Source: an uncultured Holophaga sp. (GTDB taxonomy: Bacteria; Acidobacteriota; Holophagae; Holophagales; Holophagaceae). From it: 64,000 nucleotides of DNA. Every line of letters starts with the position of its first letter. The first letter of the stretch is position 1. The notes under the pieces were generated by a model. The model ran no database searches. It worked only from the letters and a program-made list of their open reading frames with translations, and was not told where the DNA came from. The DNA lies in assembly GCA_963664825.1 (NCBI GenBank), contig OY761614.1:384001-448000 (forward strand), read 5' to 3'. Of this stretch, positions 29,016 to 38,315 are shown piece by piece. The translations under genes and the position numbers were made by a program.

Positions 29016-31448
29016 ATGATCCGCACACGCAACCTCCTCGTGGCCGGGACCGCCCTTCTGGCGGCCGCGTCCATGCTGCGGGCCCAGAAGGCCCTCGATT
29101 ACCAGAAGCCGCCCCGAGCCATCCTCGACGTGTTCGACGTGGAGAATCCGCCCCAGCCCCTGGTGGATGCGGAAGCCCGCACGCTTGCGCTCCTCAAGCG
29201 TCCGGCCTACTTGAGGCTGGCCGATCTGGCCCAGCCCGAATTGCGCTTGGCCGGGCTGCGCATCAATCCCCGAACCCACAACGCCTCCCGCACGCGGCCC
29301 TACGCGGGTTTCACGCTGCAGGAGCTGGCCACCGGGAAGCAGATCCCCCTCAAGGGCATGCCCGAGACCCTCAGCCTGGAATATCCCTCCTTCTCGCCCA
29401 CGGGCGAGCACGTGGCCTTCGTGGAGGTGCAAGCACAGGGCATGGCCCTCTGGGTGGTGGAGGTGGCCTCCGGACAGGCCCGGTGCATCAGCCAGCCCAT
29501 CCTCAGCGCCACCCTGGGCCACCCCTACGTCTGGGCCCCCGATGGCCGAAGCCTCTACACACGGGTTCGGCCCCAGCTTTCGGCCTACCCGGAGACACAG
29601 GCCCTCCCCCAGGGCCCCGCCGTGCAGGACGCCCTCGGCGTCAAGGCTCCGGCCCGCACCTACCAGGACCTGCTGCGCAGCCCTGAGGACGAGGCCAAAT
29701 TCCGGTTCTACGCCACGGTGGCCATCCAGCGGGTGGATCTGGCAGGCAGGACCACGCCCTTCCTTCCCCCGGCCCTCTACCGCGGCATCCACCCCTCTCC
29801 CAACGGGGCCTACCTGCTGCTGAGGGAAATCCGGACGCCCTTCTCCTACCAGTTCCCCCTGGAGCGCTTCCCTGCCTGCGTGCGCGTGGTGGATGCCCAG
29901 GGCCAGAGCGTGGCGACGCTCGCTGAAAAGCCGCTCCAGGACAGGATCCCCGTGGACTTCGATGCCTGCGAGGCGGGCCGTCGGGACTTCGAATGGCGGG
30001 AGGACCAGGGCGCCACACTGGCCTGGGCCGAGGCCCTGGATGGCGGCGACCCCTCCAAGGCCGTTCCCGCCCGGGATGCCCTCTTCCAACTGGAGGCCCC
30101 CTTCCAGGCCGAACCCCGGAAGCTCTGCACGACCACCTACCGCTTCAGGGGCCTGACCTGGGGCGATGCCCATCTGGCCCTGGTCCGGGATTCCTGGTGG
30201 AAGACCCGGCGCACCCGCACCACCCGCATCGATCCAGGGATCCCAGAGGCCGCCTCCAAGCTGCTCTTCGATCATTCCAGCGAGGACGCCTACGGGGATC
30301 CCGGCACCTTCGTCACCATGCACAACGCCTTCCATCGCCCCGTGCTGCGCTTCAGCGCCGATCACAGGCGGCTCTTCCTGGAGGGTGAAGGCTGCGGCCC
30401 GAAGGGCAACCGCCCCTTCCTGGACGCCTTCGAAGTGGCCACCGCCCAGGTCCATCGCCTTTGGCAGGCCGATGGCCAGCGCACCTTCGAGAGCATCGTG
30501 AGGGTCCTCGATCCCGAGAAGGGCCGCCTGCTCACGAGAATCGAGGGACCGCAGACCTTCCCCAATCTCCACCTGCGCACCTTCGGCAGGAAGGCTGGAC
30601 TCCAGGCCCTCACCCATATCGAGAACCCCTTCAAGGCCCTGGAGGGCGTCCACCAGGAGACGATCCATTACACGCGCCAGGATGGCGTTGCCCTGAGCGC
30701 CAAGCTCTTCCTTCCGCCCGGGTACGACGCGGCTCGGGACGGGCGCCTGCCGGTGCTCCTCCATGCCTACCCCCGGGAATTCAAGGACAGCCAGACCGCG
30801 GGCCAGGTGAAGGAGAGCCCCCATGCCTTCGTGCGGCCCTCCTGGACATCCCCTGTCTTCTGGGCGCTCCGGGGCTACGCCATCCTGGATAACGTGACCT
30901 TTCCCATCGTGGGCCAGGGCAACGCCGAACCCAACGACACCTACCTCGAACAGCTGGTGGCCAACGCCCGGGCCGCCATCCAGGAAGTCGACCGCCGGGG
31001 CGTGGGCGATCCCAGGCGCATGGCCTGCGTGGGTCATTCCTACGGCGCCTTCATGGTGGCCAACCTGCTGGCCCATTCCGATCTCTTCGCCGCCGGCATC
31101 GCCCGCAGCGGCGCCTACAACCGCACGCTGACCCCTTTCGGCTTCCAGTCCGAAGAGCGCACCTACTGGCAGGCGCCCGAGGTCTACCACCGCATGTCGC
31201 CCTTCGACGCAGCCGATAAGATCAAGGCGCCCCTGCTCATGATTCACGGCGACGCCGACAACAACCCCGGCACCTTTACGCTGCAGAGCGAACGGCTCTT
31301 CCAGGCCGTGAAGGGCCTGGGCGGCACGGCGCGCCTCGTGCTCCTGCCCCTGGAGAGCCACAGCTACGCGGCCAAGGAGAACCTCCTGCACATGCTCTGG
31401 GAGCAGGACACCTGGCTGGAGAGATACGTGAAGGGCGCCGCCAAGTAA
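29016..31448 (+). CDS. S9 family (prolyl oligopeptidase-like) secreted peptidase
   Basis: Signal peptide, GHSYG, YNRTLTPFGFQSE, HGDADNNPGT, LPLESH. Alternative start at 28998. Confidence 0.92.
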   Translation: MIRTRNLLVAGTALLAAASMLRAQKALDYQKPPRAILDVFDVENPPQPLVDAEARTLALLKRPAYLRLADLAQPELRLAGLRINPRTHNASRTRPYAGFTLQELATGKQIPLKGMPETLSLEYPSFSPTGEHVAFVEVQAQGMALWVVEVASGQARCISQPILSATLGHPYVWAPDGRSLYTRVRPQLSAYPETQALPQGPAVQDALGVKAPARTYQDLLRSPEDEAKFRFYATVAIQRVDLAGRTTPFLPPALYRGIHPSPNGAYLLLREIRTPFSYQFPLERFPACVRVVDAQGQSVATLAEKPLQDRIPVDFDACEAGRRDFEWREDQGATLAWAEALDGGDPSKAVPARDALFQLEAPFQAEPRKLCTTTYRFRGLTWGDAHLALVRDSWWKTRRTRTTRIDPGIPEAASKLLFDHSSEDAYGDPGTFVTMHNAFHRPVLRFSADHRRLFLEGEGCGPKGNRPFLDAFEVATAQVHRLWQADGQRTFESIVRVLDPEKGRLLTRIEGPQTFPNLHLRTFGRKAGLQALTHIENPFKALEGVHQETIHYTRQDGVALSAKLFLPPGYDAARDGRLPVLLHAYPREFKDSQTAGQVKESPHAFVRPSWTSPVFWALRGYAILDNVTFPIVGQGNAEPNDTYLEQLVANARAAIQEVDRRGVGDPRRMACVGHSYGAFMVANLLAHSDLFAAGIARSGAYNRTLTPFGFQSEERTYWQAPEVYHRMSPFDAADKIKAPLLMIHGDADNNPGTFTLQSERLFQAVKGLGGTARLVLLPLESHSYAAKENLLHMLWEQDTWLERYVKGAAK

Positions 31449-31464
31449 AAGGCTTCACGCAGAA

Positions 31465-31489
31465 GAGGCGCGCCCAGCGGGCGCGCCTC
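31465..31489. terminator. Hairpin between convergent genes (probable terminator)
   Basis: Perfect 11-bp stem gaggcgcgccc-agc-gggcgcgcctc; weak U-tract. Confidence 0.55.
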
Positions 31490-31496
31490 GCCATAT

Positions 31497-32033
31497 TCAG
31501 AAGAACAGGAAGAACCCGTTGGCGAAAAAGACCAGGCCCACCGCGCCCACGGCCAGTCCCAGCCACCACACGGGCTGCTTTTTCAGGAGTGCCGAGATGG
31601 AGGAGAGGAGGATGGAGATCTGGAGGAAGATCACGGCATAGCCGAAGGGGGCGCCGTGCCTCTGGGCTTCCTTCCGCTGGGCCTCGAAGGCCTTGGCCTC
31701 CTTCATGATGCCGGCCTTTTCGCCCTCGTATTTCTCGACCTTCTTGCCGTATTCGCCGATCTTCTTCTCGTACTCGGCGACGGCCTCCTTCGGCGCCTTG
31801 GCACCGAGGAGCTTCAGCTCCAACTCCAGCTTGTCCTTGGCCATCTCGTACTGGTAGCCCTTGATGCTCTTGGCCTGATAGAAAGCGAACTGGTCCGAGG
31901 CCTGACTCTGGCTCAGGATCGATTTGGTGGAATAGCCGCCCCCCTTGAAGGTGGCCATGGTGGCGCACACCGCGAATATCACCGTGGCCAGGGCCAGCCA
32001 ATTGAGCCAGGGTTCCTTCTTCTCTTCGGTCAT
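31497..32033 (-). CDS. DUF4337 family membrane protein
   Basis: ASDQFAFYQAKSIK motif, coiled coil, QISILLSSIS C-terminal TMs; GAGGAG RBS. Confidence 0.85.
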   Translation of the reverse strand: MTEEKKEPWLNWLALATVIFAVCATMATFKGGGYSTKSILSQSQASDQFAFYQAKSIKGYQYEMAKDKLELELKLLGAKAPKEAVAEYEKKIGEYGKKVEKYEGEKAGIMKEAKAFEAQRKEAQRHGAPFGYAVIFLQISILLSSISALLKKQPVWWLGLAVGAVGLVFFANGFFLFF

Positions 32034-32190
32034 GATCTCCTCTCGCACATTCCTGCGCCGCAGGAACCATTGCAACCACACGAATTCCGGCCGTCAAGAA
32101 CTGCCTCCCCAACGGCCCGCGGCCCTGGTAAGCAGTACAACCAGCCGGGGCACCCCTACACTGGCCTCCGACTCCGATGAAAGGAATCCC

Positions 32191-33036
32191 ATGCGCCCTT
32201 CCCATCACATCTGTTTGGCCATCTTGGCCGTGTCCGTGTTCCTGCGGGCCGACGAGGCCCCGCGGACGCAGGATGCCTCCGCGGCCTTGATCCCACCCAA
32301 TGTCACGCTGCGGATTCCACTCCGGAACTACTGCGAAGGTCTCAAATGCCTGGATCTCCAGGTCGGTGGCAAGGCCCGCACCTTCCTTTTCGATTCCGGA
32401 GGCGGATCCACCCTCATCACCCCGGAACTGGCCAAGGAACTGGGCAGCGCGCCCTATGGCCGGGGCGTCGGGTACCGGATGAACGGCCAAGCCGTCGAGT
32501 TCAACTACTGCGCCCGCTTTCACGGATCCCTCGGGGCCTGGGAGCTCCAACATGCGCCCGTGGCCGTGTTTGATCTCCGGAAGCTCCTGCCTCCCGAACT
32601 GCCGCGGCTGGATGGAGTCGTGGCCCTGGATAGTTTCCGAGGACAGGTGCTGACCCTCGACTGGGCCGCCAATGAGCTTCGGATCCTGGCCTCCTCCGAT
32701 ATTCCATCCGCCCTCGGCAAGACCGGGGTCGAGACACGCATCGCGACCGGGGAGAACGGCGCGAGCCTGTGCGTGCTGCTGCCCGTCACAGGGGAGCGCG
32801 AGACGCTCTGGTTCCTCCTGGATTCGGGGGACAGCGCGGGCACCCTCGTGGCCCCGCACCTTCAGAAGGAGCATTCCATTCGGGTCGATGCCAGGTCCAC
32901 CGCCCGACTCCAGGTCGGAACCCGCGCATCGGAATCCCTGCCGGTCACGGTGGAGGCCATCAACTATGACGGAGTCCTGGGCACTCACTACCTCAAGGAC
33001 CATGTCATCACCCTGGACCTCCGCCACTTGCATTGA
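32191..33036 (+). CDS. Secreted retropepsin-like aspartic protease (two domains)
   Basis: Signal peptide; FLFDSGG...DGVVALD and FLLDSGD...DGVLG. Confidence 0.8.
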   Translation: MRPSHHICLAILAVSVFLRADEAPRTQDASAALIPPNVTLRIPLRNYCEGLKCLDLQVGGKARTFLFDSGGGSTLITPELAKELGSAPYGRGVGYRMNGQAVEFNYCARFHGSLGAWELQHAPVAVFDLRKLLPPELPRLDGVVALDSFRGQVLTLDWAANELRILASSDIPSALGKTGVETRIATGENGASLCVLLPVTGERETLWFLLDSGDSAGTLVAPHLQKEHSIRVDARSTARLQVGTRASESLPVTVEAINYDGVLGTHYLKDHVITLDLRHLH

Positions 33037-33211
33037 ATGGCGGGAGGTTCCCCACCCCTTAGAGCGTGCGGATTCGCGTCAAGATGTGGGGAATCAGTCC
33101 GGCCGATCAAGGGCGCAAGCTCGGCCTTCGTCGCCCCCCCTGCGGGGGTAGGCCGGTTTGCGTCGAATCCCTTAACGAGGGATGTCGCCACATTCCTCCA
33201 TCCTTCTGGTA

Positions 33212-36200
33212 TCAGTAGATCCAGCTCAGGCCGCAGCCCGTCTCCTTCGCCAGTTTTTCCGCCAGGTCCGGGTCGAAGCGCAGCTTGAAATCATGGCCCG
33301 GCTTCACCTTGGCGATGACCCCATCCTGGCTGCGGTATTCGAGGGTGAGCGGCAGGGAACCGTGGTGGAGGCGGAGGAGGGGGAGCAGGTTGCTCGGGTA
33401 TTCCCCCAAGGGCAGCTTCACCACGGCCCCCGTGAAACCCCGCCCCTGGAAGCCTTCCAGGGGTTCCAGGGCCGAGACGAAGAGTTTGAGCACGGTCTGT
33501 TCGTCCTCCTCCTCGCCTTCCCCGTTTCCATTGCCATTGCCGTTGCTCGTGACCGTCTCCACCTTCAGCTCCCCCGTCACCCGCAGCAGGGCGTCGGGCA
33601 TGGCGAGATGGCTGAAGAGTTCGAAGGGGCGGGAGCGCTTCTTGGTCACCGGATCGAAGCGTGAGGAATACATCAGCGCCTCGATCTTGTCGGTGAGGTC
33701 CTCCAATTGCAGGATGGCCCAGGGCTCGCCCTTCTGGTTGGTCTTGAAGGCCACGTTGCTGACCATGACCCCCAGGGTCACCTCGTCCTTGTCCTTGATT
33801 TTCCCGCTGGCCACCTGTTCCTTGAGTACCGTGATCCCGCCGAGTGTATGGACCTTCACCGCATCGATGAACTCCTCCAGTGGATGGCCCGAAACGTAGA
33901 GCCCGAGGGCTTCCCGCTCGTTCTTGAGGCGTTCCTTGCGGCTCAAGGGTTCGATGTCCTCCGGCAGGCTCCAGTTATCGGCCAGGCTGGCCATCTCGGC
34001 CTCGTCGAAGAGCGAGGTCATGCCCAGATCGGCGCCGCCTCCCGAAGAGGCGTTCTGGATGGCCGAGGGCAGCCCCTCCAAGAGGGCTGCGCGATTGGAT
34101 TCCATGGAATCGAAGGCCCCGGCCTTGATGAGACATTCCCAGACCTTGCGATTGGCCTTTCCCAGGTCCGTGCTCTTGAGGGCATGGAAGAAATCCTTGA
34201 AACCCCCCTCGGCCTTGCGGGCCTCCAGGATGGCATCCAGCGCGGCCTCCCCCAGCCCCTTGATGGCCGCCAGGCCGAAGCGGATCTGGTTCTCGCCGGT
34301 GATGGTGAAATCCAGGCGGGAGGTGTTGATATCCGGGCCCAGCACTTCGATGCCGATCTCCCGGCAGTTCTGGATGTACTTCACCACATCGTCGGTGCGC
34401 TGGCTCTTGGTGCTGAGCAGGCCGGCCATAAACTCCGTGCGGTAGTGGGCCTTCAGGTAGCCCGTCTCGTAGGCCACCATGGCGTAGGCGGCGCTATGGC
34501 TCTTGTTGAAGCCATAGCCAGCGAAGTATTCGATGAGATCGAAGAGCTCCGAGACCTTGGTGCCGTCGAAACCCCGAGCCTTCCCCTTCTCGATGAAGCC
34601 GGCCTTCTCCTTCTGCATCTTCGCGACATCCTTCTTGCCCATGGCGCGGCGCAGCATATCGGCCTCACCCAGGGAGAAGCCCGCGATGGCCTGGGCGATC
34701 TGCATGACCTGCTCCTGGTAGAGGATCACGCCATAGGTGGGGCTGAGGATGGGCTCCAGTTCCGGGAACATGTAGACCACGGGCTTGCGGCCGTGGCGGC
34801 AGTCCACGTAGGTGTCGCCCATGCCCGCGCCCAGTGGCCCCGGGCGAAAGAGCGCGTTGAGCGCGATGAGATCATCGAAGCGGTCCGGCTGGAGCTTGCG
34901 CAGCAGGCCCTTCATGCCTCCCGATTCGAACTGGAACACGCCATCCGTATCCCCATTGGACAGGAGATCGAAGGTCGATTTGTCATCGAAACCCCGGATG
35001 GTGAGCATATCCAGGGGCGCGCCGTGGGTCTCGGCGATATAGCCCTGGGTCTTGGCGATCTGGGTGAGGGTCTCCAGCCCCAGGAAGTCCATCTTCAGCA
35101 GGCCCGCCCGCTCGGCCTCGGTCATGGTGTACTGCACCATCACCTTGTCGTCCTTGTCCTTGCACAAGGGGGCGAATTTGGTGAGCTCGTCGGGGGCGAT
35201 GATGACCCCGGCGGCGTGGATGCCCGTATTGCGGGCGAGCCCCTCGAGCCGGGCTGAGATATCCAGCACCTGCTTGACCTCGGGATCGCTCTCGTAGCGC
35301 TCCCGCAGCTTATCGATCCATTCCAGGCAGTTGCCCACGGTGAGTTTCTTGGAGGGATCGGGGGAGAAGGCCGGGATCAGCTTGGTCAGTTCGTTGGACC
35401 AATTGAAGTCCTTCTCGAAGACCCGCGCCACGTCCTTGATGACGGCCTTGGTCTTGAGCTGGTTGATGGTGACGATGCTGGAGACGCGGTCCCGGCCGTA
35501 TTTTTCGGTCACGTAGTCGATGACCCGCTGGCGGCCGTCCCGGCAGAAGTCGATATCCACATCGGGCATGGACACGCGTTCCGGGTTCAGGAAGCGTTCG
35601 AAAAGCAGGTCGTACTGCATGGGGTCGATATCGGTGATCTTCATGGACCAGGCCACGATGGACCCGGCGGCCGATCCGCGGCCAGGCCCCACGGGAACGC
35701 CCATCTCCCGGGCCTTGGCGATGAAGTCCCACACCAGCAGGAAGTAGCCCGGGTATCCCATCTTCAGGATGGTGCTGAGCTCGAATTCCAGGCGCTCCCG
35801 GTAGACGTTCTCGGGGTGCTTGAGCTTGCCGATCTGCCAGAGGGGCTGGCTCTCGAGGATGCGCTGCTCGAACATCTCCCTGGCTACATGGACGAAGTAG
35901 CTCTCCAGGGTGAAGCCGGAGGGCACCGGAAACTGGGGCGGGATGGGCTTTCGGGTGATGGGGAAGAATTCGATCTTGGAGGCGATCTCCAGGGAACGCT
36001 CCAGCACCTCCGGGTTCTGGCCAAAGGTCTTGGCCATCTCCTCGGGGGTCTTGACGAAGAACTGGTCGGTGGAGAAGCGCATGCGGCGCTGGGTGCTCTT
36101 CAGCGTCTTGGTGCCGATGCAGAGCAGCGTATCGTGGAAATCCGCATCGTCCTGGTTGAGGTAGTGGGCGTCATTGGTGGCCACCAGGGGAATGCCCGTG

Positions 36201-36856
36201 CGCTTGGCGAGTTCGTACTGGGCGGGGATGATGAGGCGCTCGGCCTCGAAACCCTGGTCCTGGATCTCCAGGTAGTAGTCCTCCCCGAAGATCTCGCGGT
36301 AATCCCTGGCGATGCGCTCGGCGGCCTCGGTCTTGCCCGCCATGAGCCGCGCCTGAACTTCGCCGCCCAGGCAGGCCGAGAGCGCGATGAGCCCTTCGCT
36401 GTTCTCCCGCAGCAGCTCCTTGTCGACCCGCGGCTTGTAGTAGAAGCCCTCCGTGAAGCCCTTGGAGACCATCTTCGACAGGTTCGAGAACCCGGTGGCG
36501 TTCTTGGCCAATAGCACCAGGTGGTAGCCTGCGTCCCGGTGGCCCGAGGGATCCTGGCAATCCTCCATGCCCTCCTGGTTCTGCTGGCTGGAGGCGTCGA
36601 ACTTGCGCTCGAAACGCGAGCGCGGCGCCACGTAGACCTCGCAACCCAGGATGGGCTTCACGGCCCAATTGCCATCGGCGTCCTTCGTCTTCTCGCAGGC
36701 GTCGAAGAGCTTCATCATCCCGAACATGTTCCCGTGATCCGTGACGGCCACCGCGGGCATGCCGGTGGCCTGGCACTTCTTCACGAGATCCGGGATGCGC
36801 GTCATGCCGTCGAGGAGGGAATTTTCGGTGTGCGTGTGGAGATGGACGAAGCTCAT
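33212..36856 (-). CDS. dnaE: DNA polymerase III subunit alpha
   Basis: PHP domain HLHTH...SLLDG, GPGRGSAAGS, SMPDVDIDF, LKMDFLGL, GFNKSHS, OB fold. Confidence 0.98.
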   Translation of the reverse strand: MSFVHLHTHTENSLLDGMTRIPDLVKKCQATGMPAVAVTDHGNMFGMMKLFDACEKTKDADGNWAVKPILGCEVYVAPRSRFERKFDASSQQNQEGMEDCQDPSGHRDAGYHLVLLAKNATGFSNLSKMVSKGFTEGFYYKPRVDKELLRENSEGLIALSACLGGEVQARLMAGKTEAAERIARDYREIFGEDYYLEIQDQGFEAERLIIPAQYELAKRTGIPLVATNDAHYLNQDDADFHDTLLCIGTKTLKSTQRRMRFSTDQFFVKTPEEMAKTFGQNPEVLERSLEIASKIEFFPITRKPIPPQFPVPSGFTLESYFVHVAREMFEQRILESQPLWQIGKLKHPENVYRERLEFELSTILKMGYPGYFLLVWDFIAKAREMGVPVGPGRGSAAGSIVAWSMKITDIDPMQYDLLFERFLNPERVSMPDVDIDFCRDGRQRVIDYVTEKYGRDRVSSIVTINQLKTKAVIKDVARVFEKDFNWSNELTKLIPAFSPDPSKKLTVGNCLEWIDKLRERYESDPEVKQVLDISARLEGLARNTGIHAAGVIIAPDELTKFAPLCKDKDDKVMVQYTMTEAERAGLLKMDFLGLETLTQIAKTQGYIAETHGAPLDMLTIRGFDDKSTFDLLSNGDTDGVFQFESGGMKGLLRKLQPDRFDDLIALNALFRPGPLGAGMGDTYVDCRHGRKPVVYMFPELEPILSPTYGVILYQEQVMQIAQAIAGFSLGEADMLRRAMGKKDVAKMQKEKAGFIEKGKARGFDGTKVSELFDLIEYFAGYGFNKSHSAAYAMVAYETGYLKAHYRTEFMAGLLSTKSQRTDDVVKYIQNCREIGIEVLGPDINTSRLDFTITGENQIRFGLAAIKGLGEAALDAILEARKAEGGFKDFFHALKSTDLGKANRKVWECLIKAGAFDSMESNRAALLEGLPSAIQNASSGGGADLGMTSLFDEAEMASLADNWSLPEDIEPLSRKERLKNEREALGLYVSGHPLEEFIDAVKVHTLGGITVLKEQVASGKIKDKDEVTLGVMVSNVAFKTNQKGEPWAILQLEDLTDKIEALMYSSRFDPVTKKRSRPFELFSHLAMPDALLRVTGELKVETVTSNGNGNGNGEGEEEDEQTVLKLFVSALEPLEGFQGRGFTGAVVKLPLGEYPSNLLPLLRLHHGSLPLTLEYRSQDGVIAKVKPGHDFKLRFDPDLAEKLAKETGCGLSWIY

Positions 36857-37034
36857 GGAGCCATTGTCCCAAAGCCGGGGCCCCTTGTGGGAAGGATCGC
36901 CGGGCCTGCACTTGGGGGAGGGCAGGCCGAGGGGGACGATTCAGCGCTAAACCGCAAAGAGTGTCGGGGCACCCTTCGCCACAGCTTGCGGGATAGGATG
37001 CGCGGGCGCGATGAGAGACATCCGCACGGAGGCC

Positions 37035-37062
37035 TTGCATGACGCCAAATGGCGCGTAATAT
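37035..37062 (+). promoter_or_regulatory. Candidate TA operon promoter with palindromic operator
   Basis: TTGCAT (37035), palindrome CGCCA-AA-TGGCG (37043-37054), AT-rich TAATAT (37057). Confidence 0.5.
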
Positions 37063-37085
37063 TAAGTCAGATGCCGGAGGGCCCC

Positions 37086-37526
37086 ATGGCCGTCGCCGAA
37101 CGACCTTCAAACCATCCAAAGAGGCGTCCAATCCTAGAGGTCCAGTATCTCAAGGCTACCCCGCTGGATCTAGTCAACTTGGTCCGAGAGGGGTTGCCAT
37201 GGACGCTCTATCAGGGAGTCATGACCGACCTTGGATTAACCGACCAGATGGCGGCTGGCGTGCTGCATATCCCGCTCCGCACCCTGACCCGTCGCAAGGG
37301 TGGGGGGCGTCTTGATCCGCAGGAAAGCGAGCGGGTCATGCGGTTGGTCCGACTGAGAGCAAAGGCCGAGGATGTGCTTGGGACCAGGGAGAAGGCTCTC
37401 CACTGGCTGGAGGCCTCCAATCGGGCACTGGGGGGGGCGACTCCTCTCTCTTTGCTGGATACCGACATCGGCACCCAGGCTGCGGAAGCCGTGTTGACAC
37501 GGATCGAATTCGGCATCTTCTCCTGA
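37086..37526 (+). CDS. Xre/MbcA/ParS family antitoxin
   Basis: VREGLP, RTLTRRK, ESERVMRL, WLEASNRALGGATPLSLLDT, RIEFGIFS; GGAGG RBS before ATG 37086. Confidence 0.92.
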   Translation: MAVAERPSNHPKRRPILEVQYLKATPLDLVNLVREGLPWTLYQGVMTDLGLTDQMAAGVLHIPLRTLTRRKGGGRLDPQESERVMRLVRLRAKAEDVLGTREKALHWLEASNRALGGATPLSLLDTDIGTQAAEAVLTRIEFGIFS

Positions 37527-37990
37527 TGCGGGTTCATCGCATCGTGAAGGCCCGGCACGCGCTCTCGCCGCTGGATGGCGAAGGGGCTCGACGAGTCGGA
37601 GGGCGCTGGAACTCCCCGGGCCTTCCGGTGGTCTACTGCGCCTCTTCCCTGTCCCTCGCGGTGTTGGAACTGCTCGTGCATGTGGATCCCGCCGACATTC
37701 CAGATGATCTGGTCGCCATCGTCGCGGAGATCCCGGACCACCTTCCGGTGGAGCAATGGCTCCCGAGGGATCTCCCGGGCCCCTGGCGGGAAGAGGCCAG
37801 CAAGCCCGTCTTGCAGGCGATGGGTGGAGCCTGGGTCAAAGCCGCCACGTCCGCCGTGATCTTGGTTCCATCTGTGATTGTGCCATCCGAAACGAACGCC
37901 CTCATCAATCCAGCGCACCCGGATACCCCAAAAATCATGGTGATTGAACGGTCCGCCTTCACCCTCGACCCCAGGTTGTTCCACTCCTGA
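37526..37990 (+). CDS. RES domain toxin (NAD+ phosphorylase family)
   Basis: DGEGARRVGGRWNSPG, YCASSLSLAVLE, VPSVIVPSETNALINPAHPD; coupled to the antitoxin. Confidence 0.93.
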   Translation: MRVHRIVKARHALSPLDGEGARRVGGRWNSPGLPVVYCASSLSLAVLELLVHVDPADIPDDLVAIVAEIPDHLPVEQWLPRDLPGPWREEASKPVLQAMGGAWVKAATSAVILVPSVIVPSETNALINPAHPDTPKIMVIERSAFTLDPRLFHS

Positions 37991-38315
37991 CGCCACCGGA
38001 AGGTCGTGGAGTTCTCCTTGAGCCGCGATCTGAGCAATCCCCCCGGCAGCAAGAGGCACACGGGGGAATTGGAAGGGCCCATTTGTTCGAGCGGCGCCCC
38101 CTCTCGCCTTAGCTGTGCTGCGCTCGGAGATAGCTCTCGAAAGCGGCCTTCTCAGGGGCAGCCTCCTCAGTATCCAAGGCGGCGGTGATAGGAAAGAGCA
38201 CGCCGGTCATAGGGAAGGAGATGAAGGGGATATCGTCCCACTCCAGACAGAAGAGTCGCCACCGACCCGCCAAGCGACGCTGCGCCCGTTCCGCGGGGCC
38301 TCCGCAGCCAGTGAA

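Noticed and set aside
33505..33550. NGNGNGNGEGEEEDE low-complexity stretch in DnaE
   Set aside because: Ordinary linker expansion; no intein motifs or palindromic structure.
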